A stretch of 64,000 nt of DNA from Cenarchaeum sp. (GTDB lineage: Archaea > Thermoproteota > Nitrososphaeria > Nitrososphaerales > Nitrosopumilaceae): positions 992,001-1,056,000 of the forward strand of contig OZ242221.1 of assembly GCA_965206845.1 (NCBI GenBank). Reading direction: 5' to 3'. The position numbers and the translations under genes are program-made. Shown one piece after another: positions 9,374-19,274 of this stretch (position 1 is the stretch's first letter; each line of letters starts with the position of its first letter). The notes under the pieces are model-generated. The model saw only the letters and a program-made list of their open reading frames with translations. It was not told the origin of the DNA and searched no databases.

Positions 9374-9464
9374 GTACATACTCACGCCCATGATGCACCT
9401 AGTCGTAAAAACACGCGGCAGTGTGCAAAACTATGCCTAGCTTTGATCCGGACCTGAGGAGTAC
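9374..9464. mobile_element. ~91-bp MITE, family C (diverged copy)
   Basis: GTAC termini; alignable by eye to the reverse complement of 28730-28821 (shared ctag..aaaa.acgcg.ca.t.tgcaaaac.atgcctagc core); no TSD seen. Confidence 0.65.
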
Positions 9465-9516
9465 CGTCGCAGCCTAAACAAGATTTATAACCAAACCGAC
9501 GAGTATGAGAGCTTGA

Positions 9517-10122
9517 ATGTCTGAGCAGGGTAGCCAGAGTACTGGCGGTCTTTCTAGACGCGACTTTCTCAAGCTGATGGGCGCCGCAGGAACCGGGCTG
9601 GCGTTTGCGCCGTTCGTCCCCTGGGGCAACTTTATGCCAAACCCGTCGTCTGCATCCCTGGAGAAGGTTCCAGTGGAGCTGCCGGACGGCACGCAGGCAA
9701 ACGCCAACACGTATCCGGTAAACTACGCAGAGGTGATCACATACCCCAGGACCGGAGACCGCGCTCTGGACGCGGAGGCGTTCCGCAAATGGCAGTTTAT
9801 CCGACTGCCTGCGGAGCTGGGCGGCGAACAGGTGGCAACATCCTCATTCCGTGCATACAGCATGGTGTGCCTGCACCTGTGGTGCCTGTGGAAGTACTGG
9901 CCCGAGGAGGGACGAAAGAGAGGCGAATGCCCGTGTCACGGCAGCATGTATGATGCCAGAACCGGCACCGCGTTTGCCGGACCGGCCTCGCTGCAGGCCC
10001 CGCCGTCAAACACCCTGCCGCAGCTTGACTTTGAGATGGATTCAGAGAAGCTGTTGTGGATCACACCGCCCACCTGGGGCATAAACACGAACGGAGTTAT
10101 TGGTTATGGCCGCCTTATCTAG
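9517..10122 (+). CDS. petC: Rieske 2Fe-2S subunit of complex III (Tat-exported)
   Basis: SRRDFLK Tat motif; CLHLWC and CPCHGS boxes. Confidence 0.93.
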   Translation: MSEQGSQSTGGLSRRDFLKLMGAAGTGLAFAPFVPWGNFMPNPSSASLEKVPVELPDGTQANANTYPVNYAEVITYPRTGDRALDAEAFRKWQFIRLPAELGGEQVATSSFRAYSMVCLHLWCLWKYWPEEGRKRGECPCHGSMYDARTGTAFAGPASLQAPPSNTLPQLDFEMDSEKLLWITPPTWGINTNGVIGYGRLI

Positions 10123-11680
10123 ACGTACCGGCGGAGTAGGATTCTTTCACTGGGTCTGGGACGGCCTGGATCGAACCATATTCACCGCCATCAAGTTCTC
10201 ATTTCCTGCAAGATTCGTGAGCCCCTTTGGATTCCTTGGGATGCTTACGTTCATCACGTTTGTTATCTTGGGCATCTCCGGGGCCCTGCTCATGTTCTAC
10301 TACCAGCCCATTCTGGACAGGGCCTGGGACAGCGTCCAGTTCATCAACGACGACGTCCCCTTTGGCTTCCACATCAGGAACATACACTATCACGGGTCCA
10401 ATGCCATGGTGCTCCTGGCCATACTGCACATGTACTACCAGTACTTCAGCGGCAGGTACAAGATCAGAAATGAGATACTTTGGGTTACCGGCGTCATACT
10501 GGGAACGGTCACCATACTGGAGGCCTTTACAGGATACGATGTCATATTCAGCGAGCGTGCAGAGCTGGCCATCAGCATTGCCGCGTCCCTGACCAACTCG
10601 ATACCCATCGTGGGGCCTACCATACGGGAATCCATGTTCGGAAACGGGTTCTCGGACTTTGTCCTGCGGTTCTACGCGCAGCATGTGTTCATACTGCCGG
10701 TGGTGATGCTGGGGCTGATGGCGGTGCACTTTCCGCGGTTTCTGGTGTTTGACGTGCCTATGGTCATGGCGATATCTGGCGCAATACTCATCACGGGAGG
10801 TGTGTTTCCCATCGACCTTGGATTCAAGTTCGAGCCGGAGGTGCCTCCGGGCATTACGGTGCCCGAGTGGTACCTGACGGGGCTTTACGCATTCCTGAGG
10901 ACGCAGTATGACAAGTTCGTGACCGGGGTGTTGTGGCCGGGCCTGTTCATAGGGTCGTTGCTGCTGATCCCCTTCATAGACAGGTACAAAAGGTTCTCGT
11001 GGAAGGATCGCCCCATCATTACCGCATGGGGAATCACGGGCATCGCCCAGATAATGGTGACAACCTACTGGGGATTCTACATACCCTCAGATGTCACGCG
11101 GCCCCTGGTGGAGAGGCTGGTCATAGATCCCGTGTACCTGTACACAGTGATGATCCTGCTGGTGCCGCTGGGCTTTGGGTTCAGCTACATGATGATCCAC
11201 ATGGCTAGGGAGGCCGAGCGAAAGGCGAAGATGGCCAAGTCCAAGGGACCCAAGAAGGTAGCTGCCATAGATCTCTCCGAGAGGTGGCTCAACTGGACCA
11301 TCGTGGCACTGATCGCGTTCCAGGTATTCCTGAACATATCTGCGTACAACGCGGTGCTTACGGGGATGAACAACCTGTCGTTGTTCTTTGTGGGGCTGAT
11401 ACTGATCGTGTTTGCGGGATTCTTCCACGTCTACCGGTACGCGCTCAACCAGGCAAAGAAGATGCCTCCGCCGCCGCCCAAGATTACAAGGAAGCAGAGG
11501 CCAAAGGCCATCTCAGAGCCGCAGGCGGGAGCCCCGGGGCTGCCGTTGAGGAGGCCCGCCGCGGCGCCCGCCAAAGAGCAGAACGCCCCGCAGGCCGTGT
11601 CGACACCGCAGATACAGGCAAGCCCACCAGGCACGGACAGGGACACGGCAATCGGCCAGTCCGACATCCCCAGGCCCTGA
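10106..11680 (+). CDS. petB: Cytochrome b subunit of complex III
   Basis: Multi-TM, heme-ligating His (HYHG, LHM, QHV, VHF), PEWY motif. Confidence 0.93.
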   Translation: MAALSRRTGGVGFFHWVWDGLDRTIFTAIKFSFPARFVSPFGFLGMLTFITFVILGISGALLMFYYQPILDRAWDSVQFINDDVPFGFHIRNIHYHGSNAMVLLAILHMYYQYFSGRYKIRNEILWVTGVILGTVTILEAFTGYDVIFSERAELAISIAASLTNSIPIVGPTIRESMFGNGFSDFVLRFYAQHVFILPVVMLGLMAVHFPRFLVFDVPMVMAISGAILITGGVFPIDLGFKFEPEVPPGITVPEWYLTGLYAFLRTQYDKFVTGVLWPGLFIGSLLLIPFIDRYKRFSWKDRPIITAWGITGIAQIMVTTYWGFYIPSDVTRPLVERLVIDPVYLYTVMILLVPLGFGFSYMMIHMAREAERKAKMAKSKGPKKVAAIDLSERWLNWTIVALIAFQVFLNISAYNAVLTGMNNLSLFFVGLILIVFAGFFHVYRYALNQAKKMPPPPPKITRKQRPKAISEPQAGAPGLPLRRPAAAPAKEQNAPQAVSTPQIQASPPGTDRDTAIGQSDIPRP

Positions 11681-11827
11681 ACGGCCATTCCGGCCCGCAC
11701 AGTAAGAGTCAGGCCGCCCAACGGGGTTTGGGCGCAAGGCCGGCACTTGACGGCCAACCCGATCCATACGTGACGCCATCCCCACAAAAATCAAGCTTTA
11801 TAATACTTTGACGAATGGGCAAATACG

Positions 11828-12292
11828 TTGAGCAGTACAACCACGGCCAACGCCTACGGCATAGGGATAATGACCATGATCGTGGGACTTACTGCAGTCG
11901 TAGTCTTCTACCAGTCGTTTTATCTCCCCGAGTCGCTGCTGAAGCCGTCCGTGGACGAGCACATCCTGAACCCTACACGGACCCTGCAGATATCCATCAT
12001 TCAGGGCTCCTCAAGCCCCGACCAGCAGGACAACTACCAGCCAAAGGTGGTAGGCATACAGCTGGGGATAGACAACCACGTGATCTGGATCAATGATGAC
12101 GACACTGCGCACACCGTGACCCCGGATCACTCTGTCGCAGACGCGTACAGCGGGGAGTTCGGCTCCATCGGCGTGATCAGGGTGGGCGAGACGTACGAGT
12201 TTCTGTTTACGGACTCGGTGACGATTCCCTACCACTGTACCCCGCATCCCTGGATGACAGGCATGCTGGATATCACAAAACAGAGATTCTAG
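11828..12292 (+). CDS. Membrane-anchored plastocyanin/azurin-family blue copper protein
   Basis: N-terminal TM, HTVT, YHCTPHPWM type-1 Cu site. Confidence 0.9.
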   Translation: MSSTTTANAYGIGIMTMIVGLTAVVVFYQSFYLPESLLKPSVDEHILNPTRTLQISIIQGSSSPDQQDNYQPKVVGIQLGIDNHVIWINDDDTAHTVTPDHSVADAYSGEFGSIGVIRVGETYEFLFTDSVTIPYHCTPHPWMTGMLDITKQRF

Positions 12293-12336
12293 GCTGCACC
12301 GTTGTGCCTGGTTTGACGCAGCAGCCCTGCGCCGTC

Positions 12337-12684
12337 CTACAGGTACCTTGCAAATATGATGTCGCTGGCGACCTCTTTGTGCTGCTCGATAATCGTCACG
12401 CGGAACTTGACCTCGTGCTCCCCCCTGGGCTCAAAGTCGATGCATGCGGCAAACTCGATCCTGTTGTCGGGCATGTGATCCCTGTTCACAAACAGCCTTG
12501 CCGTGTGCTGGGACACCTTCCTGCCGTTGTATGATATGTAGTGGATGAGCTCATTCGAGTCCAGGATCTGGACGTTTATCATCACGCCGTCGTACCTGCC
12601 GGGAAAGCCTACCGTTACCGTGCCCCTGATCTCATCGCCCCGGTGAACGTCTGTCTCTGCCAGACGTATCACTATGTCCTTCAC
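12337..12684 (-). CDS. Hypothetical protein (beta-rich)
   Basis: GTG start at 12684 preferred because the longer ORF overlaps the tRNA. Confidence 0.7.
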   Translation of the reverse strand: MKDIVIRLAETDVHRGDEIRGTVTVGFPGRYDGVMINVQILDSNELIHYISYNGRKVSQHTARLFVNRDHMPDNRIEFAACIDFEPRGEHEVKFRVTIIEQHKEVASDIIFARYL

Positions 12685-12752
12685 TGGGTATGGTGCTGCA
12701 TGATCACATAAATTTGTAGGCTGGCCGGCTCCGGGCGGCGCAGGAAAGAAGG

Positions 12753-12827
12753 CAGGCCCGAAGGGCTTCGATCCCTCGACCACTGGATTAGAAGTCCAAC
12801 ACTCTATCCAAACTGAGCTACGGGCCT
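12753..12827 (-). tRNA. tRNA-Arg(TCT)
   Basis: AGGCCCG acceptor stem, anticodon arm TTGGA-CT-TCT-AA-TCCAG, T-arm GAGGG-ATCGAAG-CCCTT. Confidence 0.93.
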
Positions 12828-12864
12828 ACTTGCAGCTCGTACCGGCAAATGTTATTTTAATTGT

Positions 12865-13695
12865 TCACCACGTCCTGTGCTCGTCCTCCCGCTGCATCTT
12901 GAAGAGAAACTGCTGCGCGTATCCCGCATGCGGGCCAAAGTACTCCACCAGCCTCCGGCGCGTCTCGGCGTAGCGCCTGGGCGTGAGCTGGCCGTCCGGG
13001 GCAAGGTCGGGGTAGTGCCTGGATATGGCCCGAAGCATCCACCTGTCCAGGGGAAACGCGTCCATCTTCTCCAGCGAGAACAGCATGGCGCAGTCGGCCA
13101 CCTTCTCCCCCACGCCGGGCACCTGCAGCAGGGCGTCTTTTGCCGCGGCATAGTCGGCGCGCCTCAACTGCTCCAGATCGAGCCGACCGTCCTGCACCAT
13201 CCTGGCCGCCTCCCTCACGTATCCGGCCCGGTACCCCAGTCCGCACCTTAGCAGCTCGTCGCCTGATGCCTGCGCCAGCTCCTGGGCCCCCGGAAACAGG
13301 GCAAACTCCCTGCCGTCAAGCTCGCACCTGCCACCAAACACGGCGCAGAGCCGCCGTAACGTTCCCCGGATGTTCTGTATGTTGGAGTTAGATGAGGTTA
13401 TGAACGATATCAGGCACTGAAAGGGCTCCTGCCTCAGGAGCCGCAGGCCCGCGAACCGCTCCGTTGCCCCCCTCATTGCGCCGTCCTTGGAGATCTCGTC
13501 CAGTATGCGGGGATAGTCGTCTGACATCCGGAAGAGGTCGCATCCGGGGCCCGTGTGGAGTACCCTGAACGGCTCCGGGCTCACCCTGATGACGTCGGAT
13601 CCGCTGACGCCGTACCATAGGCCCCCAGACTCTGTCCACAGGAATACCTGGCCGCTGTTGATGCTGGCATCCACGTCGACCCTGTCCGCCGGCAC
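12865..13695 (-). CDS. ogg: 8-oxoguanine DNA glycosylase (HhH-GPD, Ogg1-like)
   Basis: SGQVFLW, GLGYRA, PGVGEKVADC, FPLD, AGYAQQFLF. Confidence 0.88.
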   Translation of the reverse strand: MPADRVDVDASINSGQVFLWTESGGLWYGVSGSDVIRVSPEPFRVLHTGPGCDLFRMSDDYPRILDEISKDGAMRGATERFAGLRLLRQEPFQCLISFITSSNSNIQNIRGTLRRLCAVFGGRCELDGREFALFPGAQELAQASGDELLRCGLGYRAGYVREAARMVQDGRLDLEQLRRADYAAAKDALLQVPGVGEKVADCAMLFSLEKMDAFPLDRWMLRAISRHYPDLAPDGQLTPRRYAETRRRLVEYFGPHAGYAQQFLFKMQREDEHRTW

Positions 13696-13696
13696 C

Positions 13697-14962
13697 CTAT
13701 ACCTCTACCACTTCGTTCAGTTTTCCCGAATGGGCCTGCAGGCCAAACCTTTCATGGATCTCCTGTGCAAACGTACTGCAGGATTCGGCGTCGCCGTGAA
13801 TCGTAACAACCTTGGGATCTCCCTTTATTCCCTTGATAAGGTCAAACAGGCCGTTGCGATCCGAGTGTCCGGAGAACTCGAACTGTTTTACCTGGGCCCT
13901 TACGGCCATGGTCTTGCCCCGGGTGGACACGTTTCCCGTATCCAGCAGCATCCTTCCCGGCGTGCCCTCGCCCTGATATGACACCAATGCTATCCCGTTT
14001 CTCTCGTCAAAGGCCATGTTCTGCAGGTAGAACACCGCGTTGCCGCCCACCAGCATTCCGGCAGGCGATATCACGACGCACGGCTCGTCCAGTGCCCGTT
14101 TGCGCTGGCCGTGGTGCCTGATCGACGTTGCATGCCTTACGGCATCGGAAAAGATGTCCGGATCCCTCTGGAATTCCGGGTGCCGGAGGATTATGTCATT
14201 TACCTTCAGCGCCATCCCGTCCATTACGACCCTGTGCTTGAAGTTTCCACTCCTCAGCACGCAGGCAATCTCCTGTGATCGCTCCACCGAGAATGACGGA
14301 ACAAAGAGCACGCCCTTCCTGTCCATCACCTCGTTTGCAAACTCCAAAAGCCCCTTCTCGGACTCGGCCCTCGGCACCTGGGCCTTTTGCGAGTACGTGC
14401 TCTCGGTGATCAGCAGATCAATGTCTCCGATGTCAAGATCCGCCCCGCGGAGCATTCGCGACCCCTGGATGTTGATGTCCCCGGTGTAGAAGAGCTTCTT
14501 GCCCCCGGACTCGACTAGCGCGGTGCTGCCTCCGACCACATGGCCTGACTCCCTCAGCTCAAAGGTGGCCTTGCCCCGGGACACCTTCTGGCGGTAGTCG
14601 ACCGGCTTGTGGTTTCTCATCATCTTGTTGACCTCCATAATATCAAAGGTGTGCGCGTTCTTCTCGATCTTGAGCATGTCCTCTATGAGCAGGCGGGACA
14701 GCTCCATGGTGGGCTGGGTGCTGTACACCCCGGCGCTGCCGCTCACAAACAGCGACGGCACGTTGCCCGAGTGATCCAGGTGCGCGTGCGTTATTATGAC
14801 AGAGTCCACGTCCTTGGGCTTTACGTGGAGCGGATACTGCGGCGGCTTGCCCCGCCTCCCAAACATGACGCCATAGTCCAGCAGCAGGTTGGTTCCATCG
14901 GCATCCACCAGAAATCCTGACCGGCCAACCTCTTCGGCGGCCCCCAGTATTCTCACCTTCAA
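13697..14962 (-). CDS. Beta-CASP metallo-beta-lactamase ribonuclease
   Basis: EVGRS, THAHLDHSG, GHVVG, YTGD, FSGHSD, HGD. Confidence 0.9.
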   Translation of the reverse strand: MKVRILGAAEEVGRSGFLVDADGTNLLLDYGVMFGRRGKPPQYPLHVKPKDVDSVIITHAHLDHSGNVPSLFVSGSAGVYSTQPTMELSRLLIEDMLKIEKNAHTFDIMEVNKMMRNHKPVDYRQKVSRGKATFELRESGHVVGGSTALVESGGKKLFYTGDINIQGSRMLRGADLDIGDIDLLITESTYSQKAQVPRAESEKGLLEFANEVMDRKGVLFVPSFSVERSQEIACVLRSGNFKHRVVMDGMALKVNDIILRHPEFQRDPDIFSDAVRHATSIRHHGQRKRALDEPCVVISPAGMLVGGNAVFYLQNMAFDERNGIALVSYQGEGTPGRMLLDTGNVSTRGKTMAVRAQVKQFEFSGHSDRNGLFDLIKGIKGDPKVVTIHGDAESCSTFAQEIHERFGLQAHSGKLNEVVEV

Positions 14963-15118
14963 GAATTTTTGTCGATGCAGGCCCCTTAAAGTCTTATTGA
15001 TGCCAGGCTGGGCACGTATCCCGGCTCGGCACAGGCCAGGTCCGTGCCTGCAGGACGCGATCCGCCCCCAAAAAATTCTGGTAAACCTTTAAATCATCAC
15101 AGACGAAAACTCCAACCG

Positions 15119-15721
15119 TTGACCGTCGTTACCAAGTCAATCGATATCAAAGCTTCCATAGATTCCGTGTTTACATACTTTGCCAGACCCGAGCATGTCT
15201 CGGATCAGCTGAAGACCGACATGGTGGGAATGACCGTGGTTCCCATGGACATCAAGGAAGGCATGGGCGTGGGAACGACCTTCAGAATCATCGGCAACTT
15301 TGGCGGCAAGCGCCTGGAGTGGGACTGCGAGACCGTCGAGTTTGAGAAGGAGGAGAGGATATCCGCAAAGCAGATAGACGGCCCGTTCAAGAGATGGATA
15401 ATCGTCAACGAGTTTGAGGCAAGGGGCGACAACCTGACCCGGGTTACCATGACCGTGGACTATGAGATGCCCTTTGGACCGCTGGGAAGCATCATGGACA
15501 AGGCCAAGTTTGCAAAGTCCGCCGAGCGGGGCATGGAGACCGCACTCTACAACGTCCGTGGCCTGCTGGAGGGCAACGGCTCGATTCCGGTATACATCAC
15601 CTTGGACGCATACAGGAAGCTCCTGGCCGAGAAGAAGAAGATGAACAACCTGCCGGTCTCCACGGTACTTACCGCCATTCTGGAAAGGTATGACGCGATC
15701 GAGACCACGATCAAGAACTGA
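15119..15721 (+). CDS. SRPBCC-family protein
   Basis: SRPBCC-like pattern (GPFKRW...VDYEMPFGPLG); TTG start downstream of a TTTAAA box. Confidence 0.8.
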   Translation: MTVVTKSIDIKASIDSVFTYFARPEHVSDQLKTDMVGMTVVPMDIKEGMGVGTTFRIIGNFGGKRLEWDCETVEFEKEERISAKQIDGPFKRWIIVNEFEARGDNLTRVTMTVDYEMPFGPLGSIMDKAKFAKSAERGMETALYNVRGLLEGNGSIPVYITLDAYRKLLAEKKKMNNLPVSTVLTAILERYDAIETTIKN

Positions 15722-15920
15722 CATAATAGCTTAGGTCGCCGCCTGATCGGATCCACTGGATATTTCTGACCGTTTTGTGCAGGTTTGGGCATAAATTACG
15801 GCAAATACGATAAAATTTGCAGGCCTGGCCATGCCCAATCCGACGCCCCACAGGCGTGACGGGCGCGGCTTGGCTGCAATCCCAACTTTAATAAAAAAAC
15901 GATTTCTGCTGTCCTACAGT

Positions 15921-15994
15921 GGGTCTATGGCTCAGCCAGGTAGAGCACCGGACTCTTAATCCGGCTGTCGGGGGTTCGAATCCCTCTAGACCCG
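15921..15994 (+). tRNA. tRNA-Lys(CTT)
   Basis: GGGTCTA/TAGACCC acceptor, anticodon arm CCGGA-CT-CTT-AA-TCCGG, GGTTCGAATCC. Confidence 0.95.
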
Positions 15995-16017
15995 CCCACC
16001 ATACGCCAACTAAAATA

Positions 16018-16273
16018 GGGAATTATATACTTCGGTAGGCATAACCGGGGAATTACATACAAAAGTAACCAAAATTCCTGCCTTTTTGGCGCTCCCTTTC
16101 GCGCGCCGTCCTTGTTAGATGCCGGCGCGTCATCCGTGGCGGCCGTAATCGCACGGACAAGCATAACGGGATGGATGGCCATGACAGTGCGGACTGTCCG
16201 CATGGTCTGCATGGTATTGTCGCGGCGCTTTTATGCGATGTGAAATATTGCATGTGGTAATGAAATCAATCAT
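16018..16273 (+). mobile_element. Truncated left arm of the TnpB-TIR element family (two stacked TIRs, promoter, first 5 codons)
   Basis: GGGAATTATATACTTCGGT (E2 type) at 16018, GGGAATTACATACAAAAGTA (E1 type) at 16048, conserved promoter cassette, ATGAAATCAATCATG (MKSIM) at 16260 cut at MITE-A. Confidence 0.85.
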
Positions 16274-16413
16274 GAGATGTGATTCGTAATTAGCACGCAG
16301 GCATATTAGAGCACGATCTTTGGCATAATCATACGAAAGTTGCATGCTTTGGAGCACACATCTGTAAGATTATGGGCATCGAAGGCCCGATTCTTAATTG
16401 CGGATCATGTCTC
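16274..16413. mobile_element. 140-bp MITE family A, copy 2
   Basis: Near-identical to 3640-3779. Confidence 0.85.
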
Positions 16414-17200
16414 TGAAGCCGAATAGTGCCTTTTCACACAGGATCAAGGGGAAATCACTGCAGGCGCTCGGGGACCACCGGGAGGCGGTAGCGGGCCTTG
16501 ATGAGTCGATAAGGCTGGATCCTAGGAACGCCCCTGCGCACGCGGCCAAGGGGAAATCGCTGCAGGAGCTCGGGAAGTACCGGGAGGCGGTAGCGTGCCT
16601 TGATGTAGCAGTTGGGCTGAACCCGGAATACTCCTTTGCGCATGCGACCAAGGGAATATCGCTGCAGGCTCTCGGAAGACGCCGGGAGGCGGTAGCGTGC
16701 TTTGATGAGACACTAAGGCTGGATCCGAAGAATGCCTTTGCATACGGAACCAAGGGAAGATCGCTACAGGAGCTTGGGAGATACGAGGAGTCGTTGACGT
16801 GCCTTGACAGGGCGGTAGATCTGAGCCCGAACTACCCCTTTGCGCACGTGGCCAAGGGAATATCACTGCAGGCGCTCGGAAGACACCGGGAGGCGATGGC
16901 GTGCCTTGATGAGGCAATTGGGCTGAAGCCGGACTACTTTGCGCATGCGACCAAGGAGAGACTGCTGCAGGGGCTCGGGAAGACGCCGGAAGGCGATAGC
17001 GTGCCCTGACGGGTCGATAAGGCTGGATCCGGCGAATGCCCATGCATGTGGGGCCAAAGTGCGTGTCGCTGTAGAGGCCTGGAAGCACCGGGAGGCGATA
17101 GCGTGCCTTGGTGAGGCAATGGCGCCTGATCCATCTTGTGCCTTTGTGCATGGGGCGTGCGAAGGCGGGTTTTCCGGCCTTGGCCCCGGAACAAGGCACT
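16414..17200 (+). pseudogene. Tetratricopeptide-repeat protein fragment (5' truncated, 3' frameshifted)
   Basis: About six 34-aa TPR units (AHATKGISLQALGR.REAVACLD....L.P) as ~102-bp tandem repeats to the stop at 17009; degenerate TPRs continue in another frame. Confidence 0.8.
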
Positions 17201-17300
17201 GCCTCGTGGACACGATGGCGCTGCTGCCGACGTGCCAAGGCGATCCCGGTGTTGTTGGGGGTGCCAAACTGGGACTGCACGGTGCCGCCCTCATACTGCT

Positions 17301-17440
17301 GAGATGTGATCCGCAATTAAGAATCGAACCTTCGATGCCCATAATCTTACAGATATGTGTTCCAAAGCATGCAACTTTCGTATGATTATGCCAAAGATCG
17401 TGCTCTAATGTGCTTGCGTGCTAATTACGAATCACATCTC
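17301..17440. mobile_element. 140-bp MITE family A, copy 3 (inverted)
   Basis: Reverse-complement match to copies 1 and 2; ends GAGATGTGAT...ATCACATCTC. Confidence 0.85.
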
Positions 17441-17632
17441 TGGACAGGATCATCAGCGAGGCCGCGCACGGGCACGGCAAGCCTGCTTGTCTCAGAATAT
17501 TACAGGACGTTTGCAGACATGTGCAATGCAATCATCACGTACTACAGAACCGTGAGGTTTAAGCTGGACATAGTCAGATACGCCAGCGGAAATCCAAAAT
17601 TATTCTGTACAAAACTTATGATCGGCGCTATA
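17441..17632 (+). pseudogene. IS630-family transposase C-terminal remnant and right end
   Basis: LLVSEYYRTFADMCNAIITYYRTVRFKLDI resembles thaumarchaeal IS630 C-termini (from recall); ends ...GATCGGCGCTATA. Confidence 0.55.
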
Positions 17633-17855
17633 GATACACCAGTGTGCTCAAAAAATCTTTTGTTCGAAGGATTCTTCTCGAAATTCGGGCGCCGACCAGC
17701 GCGTCCGTTCTGCATGACCAATCCGAATTGTGTCGAGCAATTTCATACGAACGCAATGGGGGCCAAAGCAGTCCGATCACCTCGAGCTCATAACCTGACA
17801 AGTCGCTGAATCCCATGAAGATTGCAGGCGCCTCGCTTTTTGAAGCGGTATGCGG

Positions 17856-19274
17856 CTAGCCGCCCTTTGGCCCGTCCAGTCCTGCCTGCTGCCTTGCGGT
17901 CCTGCTGTATAGCGCCCTCCACAGGAAGAGCATGGTCAGGCCTGAGTCGACTGCAATTCCATAAAAGAAGAGCCACATGACGCCCTCGAATGTCGGCACC
18001 CATGTACCGGCCGTGTAGAGAGCGAACGCGGCTAGGTAGACCGTGCCGTTTGTAATGATCGACTGGAATGCCATGTATCTCGTCTTCCCGATGCCGTAAA
18101 AGACGCTGTCCGTCACGGTATTGAACGAAAAGAGCACGTAGGGGAGAAGCAATATCCCAAACGCCACTACGGCCAGCCTGAGCGTGTCCGCATCGCCGGT
18201 CAGGGAGCCTGCGATGTCCCCAAAGAAGGAGAGCACCGGGAGCCAGACGGCTGCCACCATCAGGGCCGTGATAAGCATGGATGCGAGCCAGAGCCTTCTG
18301 ACGCGCCGCAGGTCTCCGGACGCGTTGGCCACTAGCGCCTTTGCGGACTCGGCAAACGCCAAGACCGGCACGAGCATAAAGCTCCACATTATCTGGATGA
18401 ATACGTAGTAGCCACCAATCTCGTCGGCGCCTATCGAGTTTACAATCCCGATTATCATGACAAAGTAGGCTGCGTTGCGGATCGCGCTGTCGGTTCCGCT
18501 CCACATCCCGACGCGCAGGTACGTGCGCAGGCCAGAAAACGACGGCGGCACCACGAGCGATCTCAGCTGTACGCGCTTGGTACGAAACAGCAACACGAGC
18601 CCGAAGAGGAAGAGCGCGAGGCTCGCCAGCAATGTAGACCATGCCACGCCGATGACATCTGCCTGGAGCGAGAGCTCGCCGCTGCCAAAGAAGAGCATGT
18701 CCAACCCGAAGAGCAGGGCCACGTTGACAAACGCCATGATTAAGACCAGACGGCGCATCCCAAGCGACTCGAAGAGTACCACGATGGCGACTGCAAGCAC
18801 TGTAAACGGAAGGCTGAAGACGCTGATCTCCAGGTACTGCTGCGTCTGCTCCCGAATCCCCTCCGGCGTGCCTATGATCTCGACGAACGCGTCAGTGAAC
18901 ATGAAGACACCCGCCGAGTAGGCCAGCGACGCGACAAAGATGACAAAGAGGACGGTCTTCGCCCTGTCGATCTGCACAGCAGCGCCGCTACGTATCTGCG
19001 ATCCAAGGAAGAAAAAGATCGCTAGAACCGTGGCCTCCTGAAAGACCTCTATTACAAGCCCGACAAACTGCCACTGCGACACGATCGCAAGGCTTCCAGG
19101 ATCTGGCAGCTCGGTTCCGATTATGCCCGTACGGTAGATCTGATATATGTTCGGCAGGCCCAAAAACAGCAGGATGAAAAAATAGAGTCTCCAGTTCCAC
19201 TCCGTCAGGTAGCTGCGAAGGAGGCCCACGCCACCGGCCTTGTCGCTACCCACGCAAGATGCTCCCGGTGTCAA
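17856..19274 (-). CDS. MATE-family efflux transporter
   Basis: About 12 TM in two halves, YLEI..F.LPF, VFYGIGKT; start approximate. Confidence 0.85.
   Translation of the reverse strand: MTPGASCVGSDKAGGVGLLRSYLTEWNWRLYFFILLFLGLPNIYQIYRTGIIGTELPDPGSLAIVSQWQFVGLVIEVFQEATVLAIFFFLGSQIRSGAAVQIDRAKTVLFVIFVASLAYSAGVFMFTDAFVEIIGTPEGIREQTQQYLEISVFSLPFTVLAVAIVVLFESLGMRRLVLIMAFVNVALLFGLDMLFFGSGELSLQADVIGVAWSTLLASLALFLFGLVLLFRTKRVQLRSLVVPPSFSGLRTYLRVGMWSGTDSAIRNAAYFVMIIGIVNSIGADEIGGYYVFIQIMWSFMLVPVLAFAESAKALVANASGDLRRVRRLWLASMLITALMVAAVWLPVLSFFGDIAGSLTGDADTLRLAVVAFGILLLPYVLFSFNTVTDSVFYGIGKTRYMAFQSIITNGTVYLAAFALYTAGTWVPTFEGVMWLFFYGIAVDSGLTMLFLWRALYSRTARQQAGLDGPKGG

Noticed and set aside
16414-17009. ~102-bp periodic repeats as a CRISPR or non-coding array
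   Set aside because: They are in-frame TPR coding units without unique spacers.
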